DNA of 52,438 bases from Paraspadella gotoi (Eukaryota; Animalia; Chaetognatha): contig CM119268.1 in NCBI GenBank assembly GCA_051294375.1, positions 22,101,640 to 22,154,077 on the forward strand. Reading direction: 5' to 3'. The notes below the pieces were generated by a model that saw only the letters and a list, made by a program, of their open reading frames with translations, searched no databases and was not told the DNA's origin. Shown piece after piece: positions 10,583 to 22,562 of the stretch (within the stretch, counting starts at the first letter, position 1; every line of letters begins with the position of its first letter). The translations under genes and the position numbers were made by a program.

Positions 10583-11144
10583 GTAAGCGGTGTAGTAGCT
10601 TGTAGATCTAAACGACTAAACTGTGTAGTGAAGGTGGGTACAAACAGTTTGACTTTTTGTGGGGGAACCTAGACAATTTGCACATTGTCACACATTGTCA
10701 ACGACCGCAACAAAACGTCAAGGCTTTTTGGAAAAGAATTTGATCAAAAACGCCCAAGTCATCTTAAATTCAAATTAAGTTTGAAGATTATGTTATAGAT
10801 TAGGATTAGAGATTAGGGATTAGGGTATTAAGGATTAGTGATTAGGGATTAGGGTTAAGGATTAATGATTAGGATTAGGGATTAAGATTAGTGATTAGGA
10901 TTAGGGTTAAGGATTAAGTGATTAGGAATTAGGTTAAAGATTAATGATTAGGGATTAGGTTAAGGAATAGGATTAGGGATTAGGGTTAAAGATTAGAGAT
11001 TAGGGATTAGGATTATGGATTAGTGATTAGGTTAAGATTAAGTTAGGTTTGGAAAATTAGGGTTATGGATTACGGTTGTTAACCGATGAGTGGGTTATCA
11101 TTGTCAACCGCTTCTCCCACACGCCTTCCTTCCCCCACCCACAG

Positions 11145-11345
11145 CACCCCGACCACAACTCCAGCCCCCACTACGGTTGTGGGCGAAAGCAGACGGGATC
11201 CGTCGTTACTTTTCTCCTTTACGACGTCGTTGATTATTTCGATCTTTTGATCCAGGAAGAGAATTTCGAAGATTATTTGGTCAACTTTTTTCGGACATTT
11301 TCGCGATTCCTCCCATCTTTATGATCGATATGGAACTGCGAGATG
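11145..11345 (+). CDS. Gene B exon 5: Thr/Pro linker + first half of SEA-like module (apparent indels)
   Basis: acag|...|gtgaga. Reads TPTTTPAPTTVVG..QTGSVVTFLLYDVVDYFDLLIQEENFEDYLVNFF/SDIFAIPPIFMIDMELRD, needing 2 frame corrections. Confidence 0.65.
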
Positions 11346-11361
11346 GTGAGAGAGGGAGAGG

Positions 11362-11460
<99 letters not shown>

Positions 11461-11901
11461 GTTTTTATCTGATCCAACTTCTTTTTCTGTCATTTTAAAA
11501 CCTTTTCTCTTCCAGAACTTGGTGAGCCTATTTTTATTTTGAAAATAAATCACTTTTCATCATCACCATCTTCATAAATTTTTCAACATCATTCTTTGTT
11601 TTTTTTTCACACATTTTTTTCGCACTATCTGTTTTCTTAATTTGTTTTTTATTTATCTCTTTTATGCTTCGATTATTTACTATTACATAATTTACTAATC
11701 GTTACTTAATTTTCTCTTCTCCTTCTCTCTCTTTTCCTCTCTTTCTCTTCTCTTTCTCTCTCTCTTCTTTCTCTCTCTCTCTTCTCCTCTTCTCTCTCCT
11801 CTTCTCTCCTCTCTTCTCTCTCCCCTCTCTCTTCCCCCTCTCTCTTTCCCCCCTCTCCTTCCTCCCCTCTCCCTCCACCCCCCCACACTCCCCCCTCCCA
11901 G

Positions 11902-12082
11902 TTGTGCCCTCAGTCGCCGACGAGACGATCGGCCAAGCAGGTGGTGCTCGTCTTCACCGAAGACTTCACCGCGGTCGTCGGCGGAGACATCAATCTCTTC
12001 GCCGAATTCGTGAGAAACGAAATCTCGGTTTCATTTTCGATTCCGTTTGAAGACGTCGTCATTGACAGCCGTACGTGCCAGG
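11902..12082 (+). CDS. Gene B exon 6: first half of a second SEA-like module
   Basis: cccag| acceptor. Reads KQVVLVFTEDFTAVVGGDINLFAEFVRNEISVSFSIPFEDVVIDS; similar to exon 5. Confidence 0.7.
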
Positions 12083-12192
12083 GTGTGAAGGAGCAAATCA
12101 ATCGATTCGATCAAATCAATCGAATTTAATCAATCAAATCAATCAATTCGATCGATCAATCAAGCCAATCAAATCAAATCAATCAAATCAAG

Positions 12193-12223
<31 letters not shown>

Positions 12224-12524
12224 ATCAAGCAATCAAGCAATTCAATCAAACCAATCAAATCAAATCAATCAAATCAAGCAATCAATCAAATCAATCAAAT
12301 AATCAAATCAAATCAAGCAAATCAAGACAATCAATCAATCAATCAATCAAATCAAATCAATCAAATCAATCAAATCAATCAATCAATCAATAACAATCAA
12401 TCAAATCAATCAAATCAATCAATCAATCAAATCAAATCAAATCAATCAAATCAAATCAATCTAATCAATCAAATCAATCAAATTTATCAATCAAACCAAT
12501 CACTCTCTTTTTCCCGCCCTCAAG

Positions 12525-12707
12525 TTCCATCTCGTGGCGGTTCAGAGCCTTTCGTCAGCTCAACGAATCTCAATCGGATTTCGACTTGAAAATTCGTCGC
12601 TTCGAAAATCTCACTTTGGAAAATCAACTCAACTACACATTTCAGGGGAAAAATCTCAACACGGTTGGCCAGTGTCTCTTAATCGCTCCGTGCCGCTTTA
12701 CAAGATC
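12525..12707 (+). CDS. Gene B exon 7: second half of SEA-like module
   Basis: Reads (G)SIxV.FRAFRQLNESQSDFDLKIRRFENLTLENQLNYTFQGKNLNT; donor |gtgaga. Contains N-glycosylation sequons and apparent indels. Confidence 0.65.
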
Positions 12708-12784
<77 letters not shown>

Positions 12785-12961
12785 ATTAATTATAAGACAA
12801 ATTTAAAAATCAATCAATGATCGATGAGCAATCAAAGTTGAAAACAACTAATCAATCAGTAATCAAAAAAAGGAGCAACAAGCAATCATTTAAATCAATC
12901 AATAAACAATCATCAAATCAAATTCGAATCAAATGAATCAATCAATCAATCAATCTTCCAG

Positions 12962-13152
12962 CGACGTTCCCGTTTCCTTTCTTCTCGTCCGCAACATGAG
13001 CCAACCCCTTGAAGACTTCAACCGCCTCGTCGACTTTTTTTCCAATTTAACTTTACTCAATCAACTGGGAATTCAATTTAAAAACCAGACTCTCATCACC
13101 AACAAAGGCCCTTTCTCCAATCTGACCATCGTACCTAAGTTTCAGCTCATAG
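12962..13152 (+). CDS. Gene B exon 8: second half of SEA-like module
   Basis: ttccag|...|gtgggt. Reads DVPVSFLLVRNMSQPLEDFNRLVDFFSNLTLLNQLGIQFKNQTLITNKGPFSNLTIVPKFQLI; aligns by eye with exon 7. Confidence 0.7.
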
Positions 13153-13183
13153 GTGGGTAAACACTGTCTCTCTCTCTCTCTCA

Positions 13184-13245
<62 letters not shown>

Positions 13246-13278
13246 AACGATTTCCTTCATTCCAATTCCATCCATCAG

Positions 13279-13362
13279 TGGCAACGATTCCGCCGGCGCC
13301 AGCGACGACCAACGGACAATCGTCGACGACGACGAAGAAACGACGACGACGACGTCGCTGCC
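13279..13362 (+). CDS. Gene B exon 9: acidic/Thr-rich stalk
   Basis: catcag|...|gtaagt. Reads GNDSAGASDDQRTIVDDDEETTTTTSLP. Confidence 0.6.
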
Positions 13363-13437
13363 GTAAGTCGAATCGTTCAGATTAAGATTTCATTTCATTT
13401 TGCAATATATTCTCATTTCTCAATTTTCTTGCTCTTC

Positions 13438-13468
<31 letters not shown>

Positions 13469-13470
13469 CT

Positions 13471-13510
<40 letters not shown>

Positions 13511-13887
13511 CTCCACTTCCTCTTTCCCCTCTCTCTCCCTCCCATCTCTTCCTTCTCTTTCTCTCCCTTTCTTTCCTCCCTCTCTCCATTCTCTCTCCTC
13601 CTCTCTCCCTCTCTTTTTCCCCCTTCTCTCTCTCGCTCTCTTTTCCCTTCCTGCCCATTACTTCCTCTCCTCCTCTCTCTCCCTCACTCCCTTCCCCCTC
13701 TTCCTCCCTCTCTATCCCTCACTCCCTTTCTATCTTCCTTCCTTCTCTCTTCTCCTTTCATCCCTACGTTACTTCCTCTCTTCCCCCACATCGCTCCATC
13801 TTCTCTCCCTCTCTCTCCTAACCCTCTTCCTCTCCTTCTCTCCCTCCCCCCTCTCCTCTCTCCCTATCTCCTACCCCTCTTCCTCAT

Positions 13888-13921
<34 letters not shown>

Positions 13922-14028
13922 TCTCCTCTCCTCTGCCTCTTGTCTCTCTGCTCTCTCTCTCTCTCTCTCCCTCTCCTCTCCTTCTCTCCCTCCCCTCTCC
14001 CTCTCTCCCTCTCTCCTCTCCCTCCCAG

Positions 14029-14201
14029 AATCGTGATCGCGGCGGCACGACGGAACTTCTCATCATCCTCGGTCGTTCTACTCCGTCTTCATCCTCTTCA
14101 TCGCATCTCATACGGCGTCGTCGTCTGCTTCTGCTGCGGCGCGGCGGATTCGTGGCCCCGCGGGGTCGCAGCCGCGGCGGAGCAGGAGCAGAAGGCGGAA
14201 G
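14029..14201 (+). CDS. Gene B exon 10: transmembrane helix with juxtamembrane cysteines
   Basis: cccag| acceptor. Reads NRDRGGTTELLIILG..FYSVFILFI..SYGVVVCFCCG with indels. The donor reads g(-)gagagg, probably gtgagagg missing its T. Confidence 0.6.
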
Positions 14202-14451
14202 GGAGAGGAGGGAGAAGGCCTGGGAGGAGGAGGAGGGGAGGCCGGCTAGTGAGAGAGAGAGAGGGGGGAAGGGGTGAGGGGGAAATAGAGAGAAGAGAGG
14301 GGGGAGGGAGATAGGGAGAAGGAGAGGGAGAGAGAGAAGAGGGGACAATAAGACAAAGAGAGAGAGAGAGAGAAAGATGCAGTTAAATTGGTCATTTACA
14401 ATTGAATTTCGTCATAAAGTTTTGAGGGAAATGGCGGAGCTAACTGAACGT

Positions 14452-14857
14452 GTGGTCTATGGTGGTCTGCTTATTTGGTCTTGTGGTGGTCTGCTTATTT
14501 GGCCTTGTGGTGGTCTGCCTTATTTGGTCTAGTGGTGGTCTGCTTATTTGGTCTGTGGTCTTGTGATGGTCTGCATATTTGGTCTTGTGGTGGTCTGCTT
14601 ATTTGGTCTTGTGGTGGTCTGCTTATTTGGTCTTGTGGTGGTCTGCTTATTTGGTCTTGTGGTCTTGTGGTGGTTTGCTTATTTCGTCTTGTGGTGGTCT
14701 GCTTATTTGGTCTTGTGGTGGTCTGCTTATTTGGTCTTGTGGTCTTGTGTGGTCTTGCTTATTTGGTCTTGTGGTGGTCTGCTTATTTGGTCTGGTGGTG
14801 GTCTGCTTATTTGGTCTTGTGGGTCTTGTGGGTGGTCTGTTTATTGGTCTTGTGGTG
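14452..14857. repeat. 24-bp minisatellite (also at ~19935-20388)
   Basis: Unit GGTCTTGTGGTGGTCTGCTTATTT; it explains the LWWSAYLV-type ORFs. Confidence 0.95.
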
Positions 14858-15021
14858 ACAAAACGAAATAGAGTTGAGAATCGCAAAAAAAAAAGGATTT
14901 TAAATTGAAACCTGAATTTTTGTTGTTGTTTTGAACGAGATTGGTTTTGTTCTTTTTTTGTTTGATTGAATGAAATTTTTGATTGTGACTCAAGGCGAAA
15001 GAGAGAGAGAGAGAGAGAGAG

Positions 15022-15626
15022 TGTAGAGAAGCTTGGCTCTCTACGCCTCTTGAGGTGAGGATGGTCCACTTGGACGCAACCTTATCTGACGAAAGTTATC
15101 CCAAAACGTTTCTGTAAACTGAAGCTCAAAAGTCGAAAAAGAAGAAATGCGGGAATAAATGTAAATAAATGTAATAAATGTAGACAAAATCCGTAGAGAA
15201 AATCGAGATCAAATCGAGATGAATCAATAAATCGTAGAGGAATCCAATAAAATCGTAGAAGAATCTTCAGTAAAAACGTAGTAGAAAACTTTGTAAGAAA
15301 GTAGTTGACGGTCTCTCTAAAATGTGATCCAGTGAATCTAAATCTGTCTTGTTTGGTCTCGTCCAAGTAAAGTTTGGAGAGAGAGAGAGAGAAAAAGAGA
15401 GAGAGGGAGAGAAAAAGAGAGAGAGGGAGAGAAAGAGTGGAGAAAGAGTCCGGTCAGTCTCTGTCCGGTCGATCGGTTAATCGGTCGATTGGAATCAGAT
15501 CTGGCCGTCTCCGTCGGTCTCGGCCTTTTCTCTTCACCCCCGCCTCGGCTCTAGGGCTCCTAAGACCTAAGCAGACCGTCCCTATGCCGCGCAGGACCGA
15601 CGGTATCATACGAATCTAGCCTAACA
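15022..15626 (-). mobile_element. Putative 3' LTR (605 bp) of an LTR retroelement
   Basis: On the minus strand it starts TGTTAGG and ends TCTCTACA. It is directly preceded by the purine-rich tract AAGAAGATATGAAGATGAATAGGGGGT and abuts an (AG)n tract. Confidence 0.7.
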
Positions 15627-15649
15627 ACCCCCTATTCATCTTCATATCT

Positions 15650-18600
15650 TCTTATTTCGGAGATGGAGTTCCCGATGATCTTCGTTTTGTTCCTTGTTCG
15701 ATGACATCTTGGTTCCTGAATAGCTGTTTGAGGGGTTGAGGAAAGATATTCATACATTCATTCATTCGTTCATCGATTCATTCGTTCATTTGCTCGTTCG
15801 TTCATTCGTTCATTTGCTCGTTCGTTCATTCGTTCATTTGCTAGTTCGTTCATTCGTTCATTTGGGTTATCTTGGTAAGATAACCGGCCAAATTTTTGAA
15901 TTTCGATATGTTTTTATGTTGTTTGTTATCTGTATTGTTATTAGATTTTTGTCTTGTGTCTAATGGTTATTTGTTTCTACAGTTCTGTTATTTTTCTTGG
16001 GTTTTCTTAGATCTTGGTTTTTCTATTGTTTGTTTCCTCTTGGTTATTTATTTATTCAGTTTGTTGTATTTCTTGTTTTTCTATTTGTTTCTTGTTTCGT
16101 TTTTCTTTGTCTGTTGTTTCTTAGTTTTCTTCTTTTCATCGTATTGTTTGGTTGTGATTTGTTTCGTTATCGTCCAGTGTTATTTTATGCAAATATTGTT
16201 TCATCGGTCTATAATATCATTTTTTCATCGATTTCTTTTTTTGTTTCACATTCATACTCATACTGCTCCAGAATGGACACTTCCTCTTCTGGGCCAAGGT
16301 TCAAATTCAAAGCTTCCTCTCCTGGCTGGGGACCAAGCATTTCTTCTTCATCTTCTATTGTTTGATAATTGTCGTCGTTTTCGTTGTCAGATGGTTGTCG
16401 ATTCTGTCGTTCCAATTTCGGGATGTTCGTTCTCGTTCTTGATTTTTGTTCATCTTTGTTCATGTTCTTGTTTTTGTTCTTGTTCATTTTCTTGTTGATC
16501 CATTTCTTCGCTTGGGTCCTCGCCACGGATGGTCACCATTTCACGCATTCGTTCTACATTCTCCCGGATATCAAGACTTTGGAAGACGGGCTCTTCTGGC
16601 GCTGCGTTTCCAAACTTTTGGATATTGTTTTGTCATGTTTCATTTCGTATCTTTGTATTTCTTTGATGCTGAGTCATTCAAATATGCGTTTCAACGATCT
16701 ACTGTGCGCGCGACCCGCTCCATTTGTTCTCTTGATCTTGACCGCCACGCCCACATCTGTTCTGATTTGACGTGTGGCAAGTCAAACATCAAAGTGAAGT
16801 CTTTCGTCCGGTTGATAAATATCTGCCTCCCCTTGAGCTGGCACCGCCGCGCCCTCGGGTGGCCCACACCTTGCCTATCCTCTTTCCACGCTGGCATGGC
16901 CGGCGCGGAAGGGATGGCCTGCACATTCATTCTACATTCTTTGCACGCGAGAATTGGCTTGTGCCGCCGACTTTCCCTTAACACGAGTTCGGGTTGGTCG
17001 ACGGTTTCCCAACGCCAGTTGTTACATCAGATGTTGATCGTTCACAGTTGCTCATTCACATGGAGGAATAAAAGAGAAAGATTAGTAGTTATCATATGTT
17101 AGGACAATCTTTTGTATCTGTTTTTTTTCTAGTGATTATAATTGTTTTAATATTTAAACAAATACGGATTTAAAATATATTTGTGTATAGAGTTTAGTCT
17201 TTAACTAAATTCTTAAGTTTTATTGTTAATTTAAATTCTGATAAATATGCTAGTTTTTATAATTTTAAATATTTCTTGCTCTTTTTTATCTGGGTTTCTC
17301 GTTTTTTTTCATGTTCTGTTCCAACTTATTCATTTTTATATAATATAATATAATATTATTATTAGCTGTTTTAATCATCACTCTTCTCACGTGACCTGAT
17401 TCATCTTCCACTCGGTTCAATTCTGCGAGTTTTCATTCATCTCTCGGTAGATTTCATCCACAATCAAACTATATTGTCCAATTCTAACATTCGGTTCAGT
17501 TTTCTGCCCATTTTTCTCTAGCTTGGAGAGTTAAGATATATTGTCTCTCATCTATTCCAAAATTCATCAACCAGACCTCGTGTTTTTTCCATTCTGACCT
17601 GAGGTCATCACCTGACCATGACTCGGGTGGAATGACTACTGGTCGTGAACCAGTCTCTACGCAGGATAGAGAATATCAGCGGGGCTAATTGCTATAAATC
17701 ATTCACATCAAAAGTGCTGGAGGCTCTGTAGCCCGTCGTGTTGACGAGGTGTTTGGCGACGGTGGAGTCCTTGCAGCAGCAGTGAGCGGCGTCATGTGAG
17801 GTTATTGTTCCTTGGTGTGGCCTATTGAAGTTCGAGTTTGGTGATGTTGCAACCACTTGGCATACGTTTTTGGGCTCTGCCTCGGGGTAAAAGCTGGAGT
17901 GAAAACCGTAGCATGCATAATAGTATGATGAGGCCCATAGCAGACCATACAAGCCTCTCTAGTGAGTTGCATTGTTTTGCTATGTGGTTTCTTTTCTAAC
18001 ATCTAAAGCACAAACCATTCTTTCATTACATCATTCTTTCCATCCTTTGAAAGTTTCTTAAAAGTTGAACAGGTTCTAGGCAATGCCATTCATTACCACA
18101 GGACAACATCTATCAATTATATCGCTAATATGATTCAAAAACAACTTTCGTCTCTTCAACATTCACCTTTCGAGATTCACGAGAAGATGCTGGTGGTGAT
18201 CCTTGGGTGATCCTGAGACTTGACCTTCATTTTACCCCCGCCGTTGACGTCTGAAATGGCCTCGTTGACGTCGGATGCGGCGTTATCCATGGTGACCTTT
18301 TCTTTTGCTTCGCGTAGGCCCCTTTTCGTAGGTGATCTTTTCTTCTTCTGTTGGCTTGATCCATATCCCATATTGGGAGTCATCTGAAAGAGGTGTGCTG
18401 TAGTTGGTGTTGGAGCCGAGGAGGTGCGGCAGCAGGTTGGAGCAGACAGTTGGATTGATTGGATCAGATTCATTTGTAGTAAATCCAAAATGTATTCTTA
18501 TGTTCCTTTCTCTTTCCAGTGTTTGGTGAAGTTCCTTGACTGATCTTTCCAATTGGCAAATCTTCTTTTCCTGTTTCTTATTTCGACTTCATTATTGATG

Positions 18601-19525
18601 CAGTATCTTGTATTTCGGTGATGGCTCTGTCTTGGGTGGATCTTGTCTCGTTGAAGGTCGTTTCTTCACATGATAGACTACCTTGTAAATTCCTAATCAT
18701 TCTTTTCAATTCATTCACTTCATTTTCAAATCATTCTCTGAAGAGGAAATCCGGCGCTCCTTTTTGATGTGCTAGTAGTTGCTTTGTTCCAAGTACGGTG
18801 CAGGCTTCATTTATAATTGAGCTTTTCTCTCAATCTCTTCGTCGATGTTCTTCATGGCCTTCTTCTTGATGTCAATCATCTGTAGCATTTCCTTTTCTAT
18901 TCCGCTTTCCTTCTTTCAATCTCTTGGTCGTATCGTTCTTTCTAGTTTTTTCTTTTCTTCTTTGATGAGAGTAAGTTCTTGTTGCTCTTGTTCGAAATTG
19001 CGGGACGTTTTGTCATCCCACGACATCTTCTGTCCTGGATGGACCTTGTATCTCATATTCAGGGCCGGAATCCTCATCTTCAGAAACATCATTCGTTGAA
19101 TTTCATTAATGGCGTCAAAATATCCATCAATTAACGCCTCAGCGTCCTTAGTAGCATCATGCGTTTGCTTAGGTGCCGTTCAGCATCATCCACTCTGTCA
19201 TCATTTGCGTCATTTTTTCTCGGAGGTGGTACACCGCGGCGTCGACGCACGGTGATGTGCGCCAATGTGACGCTCTCATCAAGCATCTGCGCTGGAGGAT
19301 CCTTTGGGATAACCTTCCTGCATCATTGAATTTGTCCGACCTTTTGATCGACCATCATCTCCATTTCTTCAGCAATGGGCAATGGCCTCTGGGGTTTCCA
19401 GCTTGTTTGTATCGTTCAATGATTCGGCACAGAGGGAGCCAATGGCGTCGCTTAGCCCTTCAGGTGTGAAATCATCCATATTGATGCGCGCGTACTCCTC
19501 CTCGAGATCAGCGAAAGGACATCAT
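15650..19525 (-). pseudogene. Frameshift-ridden, probably spliced ORF of unknown function (coiled-coil N-region, Cys/His middle, acidic C-region)
   Basis: From ATG ~19525: MS(F)ADLEEEYARINMDDFTPEGLSDAIGSLCAE..., EQEQQELTLIKEEKKKLE, EMLQMIDIKKKAMKNIDEEIERK, ENEVNELKRMIRNLQ, ICQLERSVKELHQTLERER, later HCCCKD and CKEC. AT-rich interruptions near 17080-17600 and 17900-18160. Confidence 0.5.
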
Positions 19526-19797
19526 TTTTTCGATATAGAAAAAAAATAAAAAATAAATTTCAATTAAAGAGAGAGAAAGTTTTAAATTCGAATCAATCAA
19601 TCCACACAGTATAACAAATTGGCAAAGTCACTTAGACAGGAAATTTAATTCGTAAAATTACAATTTTCCTTGAGACAAAATTTGAATCAACAAAATTTTT
19701 CGTTAAAAAATATGTGAATTTGAAATATCTTGCCTAAGTAATTTTCAAATGTAAAGACTGACGGCACTAAAGNNNNNNNNNNNNNNNNNNNNNNNNN

Positions 19798-20529
19798 GGA
19801 GAAGGAGAGGGAGAGAGAGGAAGAGGGGGACAATAAGACAAAGAGAGAGAGAGAGAGAAAGATGCAGTTAAATTGGTCATTTACAATGAATTTCGTCATA
19901 AAGTTTTGAGGGGAAATGGCGGAGCTAACTGAACGTGTGGTCTAGTGGTGGTCTGCTTATTTGCCTTTGTTGGTGGTCTGCTTATGGCGGTGTGGGTCTT
20001 GTATTTTGGTCTAGTGAGTGGTCGCTTATGTTGGTCATTGTGGTCTTGTGGATGGTCTGCTTATTTGGTCTTGTGGTGGTCTGCTTATTTGGTCTTCTGT
20101 GGTGGGTCTGCTTATTTGGTCTTCTGGCTGTCTAGTGGTGTCTGCTTATGTTGGTTCTTGTTGGTCTTGTGGTGGTTTGCTTATTTTCGTCTTGTGTGGT
20201 TGCGTTAGTTCTGGCTTTTGGGTCTTGTCTGTCTTGTGGTCTGCTTATTTTGGTCTTGTGGTCCTGGTGTGCTGGTCTGCTTATTTGGTCTTGTGGTGGT
20301 CTGCTTATTTGGCGTCTGGTGTATTGGGTGGGTTTCTGCTTATTTGGTCTTGTGGTCTTGTGGTGGTCTGTTTATTTGGTCTTGTGGTGACAAAACGAAA
20401 TAGAGTTGAGAATCGCAAAAAAAAAGGATTTTAAATTGAAACCTGAATTTTTGTTGTTGTTTTGAAACGAGATTGGTTTTGTTCTTTTTTTTTGTTTGAT
20501 TGAATGAAATTTTGATTGTGACTCAAGGC

Positions 20530-20582
<53 letters not shown>
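19798..20582 (+). repeat. Direct duplicate of ~14315-15021 immediately after an N-gap (probable haplotype/contig overlap)
   Basis: Same unique flanks, minisatellite and TCAAGGCGAAAG(AG)n end; noisier copy. Confidence 0.85.
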
Positions 20583-20586
<4 letters not shown>

Positions 20587-20814
20587 GAGGCTAGAAATGT
20601 TACTAGAAAGCAAATTTTCGAATATAAATGATTATTTTTAAATATACATCTGATATTTTTGTTTTTTCTAGTTGTAAAATAATAGAATATTGATGAGAAA
20701 AAGTTCAAATAATGATAAAAAATAAAACAATATTGATAAAATGACCATTTGAACTACAAGAACAATCAAGATATATTTTCTTGGTCAAGTTTTTTTTATT
20801 GAATTCGATTTTTA

Positions 20815-21145
20815 AGAATAAAAACGGAAATTCCAATGTCTTGCTCCGCAGTGTATTTCCTTTGATCACATGATATGATATGACATGACATGACTAAAAA
20901 ACTTTCTTTGTCCGTGTATTTATGACATGCGCTGCATCAAAATTCCGTCTTTTATTCCTTATAGTTTTAGGAATTCCTGAAGGCGGCGCTAGGAGTCCCT
21001 TAGAATTGAGGTTTTTTGGTCTTAACAAATAAGCAAACAACTATAGGCAAATTATATGTAATTTTAACATAAGTGGGGCAGACCGACCGACTGACAGACC
21101 GACCCAAAAGTGAGTACTCACCGACCCAAAATCGCGACTTAAAAC
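20815..21145 (+). mobile_element. DINE-1/Helentron-like element, copy 2
   Basis: TTCCAATGTCTTGCTCCGCAG...CATGACATGAC...TTTATTCCTTATAGTTTTAGG...GGCGGCGCTAG...CAGACCGACCGACTGACAGACCGAC. Confidence 0.65.
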
Positions 21146-22079
21146 TCGATTCACTTCGTTGGTGAGAAATAAACGCGAGAGGAAAAAGGATGAAACAATA
21201 TACCAGTGGTCGCGCTAGTGTTTGTGAGTCACTTTTGCATATTTTTGGGACAAAAATTATTTGAGATTAAAGACAACATTTTATTACATCAACAATTTTA
21301 TTTTAATGGTACAGACAAGTTTCGACAAAAAATTAAATTATTATTATTAGAACTAATTCAAGAAAAAAATTTTTTTCTTGATCAGTAGAGAAAGAAACCA
21401 CATTAATAAAACTAAGAACAAATATGACGTTAGTTAAGATTATATCCAGATTAAAAAAATTTTTACCATTTTACTTACAGCTGGAAAATTAAATAAATAA
21501 TAATATTACTTAATAATAAAATTTAAAAAAAGAATATTATGAATAAAACTAAATATTATATATAACCTAAGAATGGTGACTAACATTCTCTAGATGCAGA
21601 GGTTTTTGATTCCAGAAACAAAATCCTTGATTAATTTTAAATCAATTAATAATAAAATAAAATTTTTGTGTTATTTCTTTTCTTTTGTTACGTAGTGATT
21701 AGTAAAAAAATTTTAATTCGACAACAATTTTTATCTCCCCTTCTCTCTCTCTCCATTTCTTCCCTTTCTATCAATAACATTGCGATTAATACTGTTTACA
21801 CTAATGTATCACCAATAGAACGCTTGTTGGGGTGGGATCGGGTTTCCAACAAAAATGTCTGCTTAAATTGTGAGTTAGAAAAAAAAATAAGAATTGATCA
21901 GTTGTTCAGTACCATTATGAAAAATCAAAAAAACTATTAATACTTACAAATTATAAGATAAGGTAGCTTTTTAGGGCAGTTTAAAGTACAAGCCTAAAGC
22001 TTGCACTTTTGTTTTTCAATTTCAATTTCAATTCTCTCTCTCTCTCACCATTTGACCATTTTACTTCTTTTCACAACCA

Positions 22080-22400
22080 ACTTCATCTTTCCTCATCTTA
22101 AACCTGTCCTCACCTTTCAAACCAAGCTTCATGCTATCCTCATCTTAAACCTGTCTCACCTTCAACCAACTTCATCTATCCTCATCTTAAACCTGTCCTC
22201 ACCTTTCAACCTCTTCATCTATCCTCACTTAAACCTGTCCTCACCTTTTCAACCTCTTCATCTATCCTCATCTTAAACCTGTCCTCACGCCTTTCAAACC
22301 AACATTCATCTATCCTCATCTTAAACTTGTCCTCAACCATGATGTGCCAAGACCTCTTTCATAACTATCCTCATCTTAAACCTGTCCTCACCTTTCAACC
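22080..22400. repeat. ~42-bp tandem repeat inside the PLE fragment
   Basis: Unit approximately TATCCTCATCTTAAACCTGTCCTCACCTTTCAACCTCTTCATC, about 7 copies. Confidence 0.9.
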
Positions 22401-22516
22401 ACTATCTCTGTGTTAGAAACTTTCCCCTCTCTCTCTATTTTTTTTCTCTCTCTCTGTCTCTCTCTCTTGCCTTTCTTCCTTTTGCACAAATTTATAAATT
22501 ATTTCACAAACCTAAT

Positions 22517-22559
22517 AACGCTGATAAAGACTCGCACTAAAAGTCGAAACATGTACGTT
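22517..22559 (+). ncRNA. Degenerate minimal hammerhead ribozyme motif (G8A core change)
   Basis: AACG-CTGATAA-A-GACT[cgcactaaa]AGTC-GAAA-CATG-TA-CGTT: 4-bp stems I and II, palindromic CATG, GUA triplet. Confidence 0.65.
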
Positions 22560-22562
22560 TTA

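Larger units (their letters stand above)
15022..19772 (-). mobile_element. 3' portion of an LTR retroelement in a gene B intron, truncated by an assembly gap
   Basis: LTR + PPT at the left end and ~4 kb of minus-strand coding-like DNA. The host flank recurs after the gap without the insertion. No RT/IN/gag motif recognised. Confidence 0.55.

Noticed and set aside
13153-14348. Long Ser/Leu- or Arg/Glu-rich ORFs here and at 25092-25613, 26960-27880, 42251-44800 and 50856-51995
   Set aside because: Translations of (CT)n/(AG)n/(TTTC)n microsatellites, apart from the short true exons they overlap.
14475-14908. Hydrophobic Trp/Cys-rich ORFs in three frames
   Set aside because: Products of a stop-free 24-bp minisatellite.
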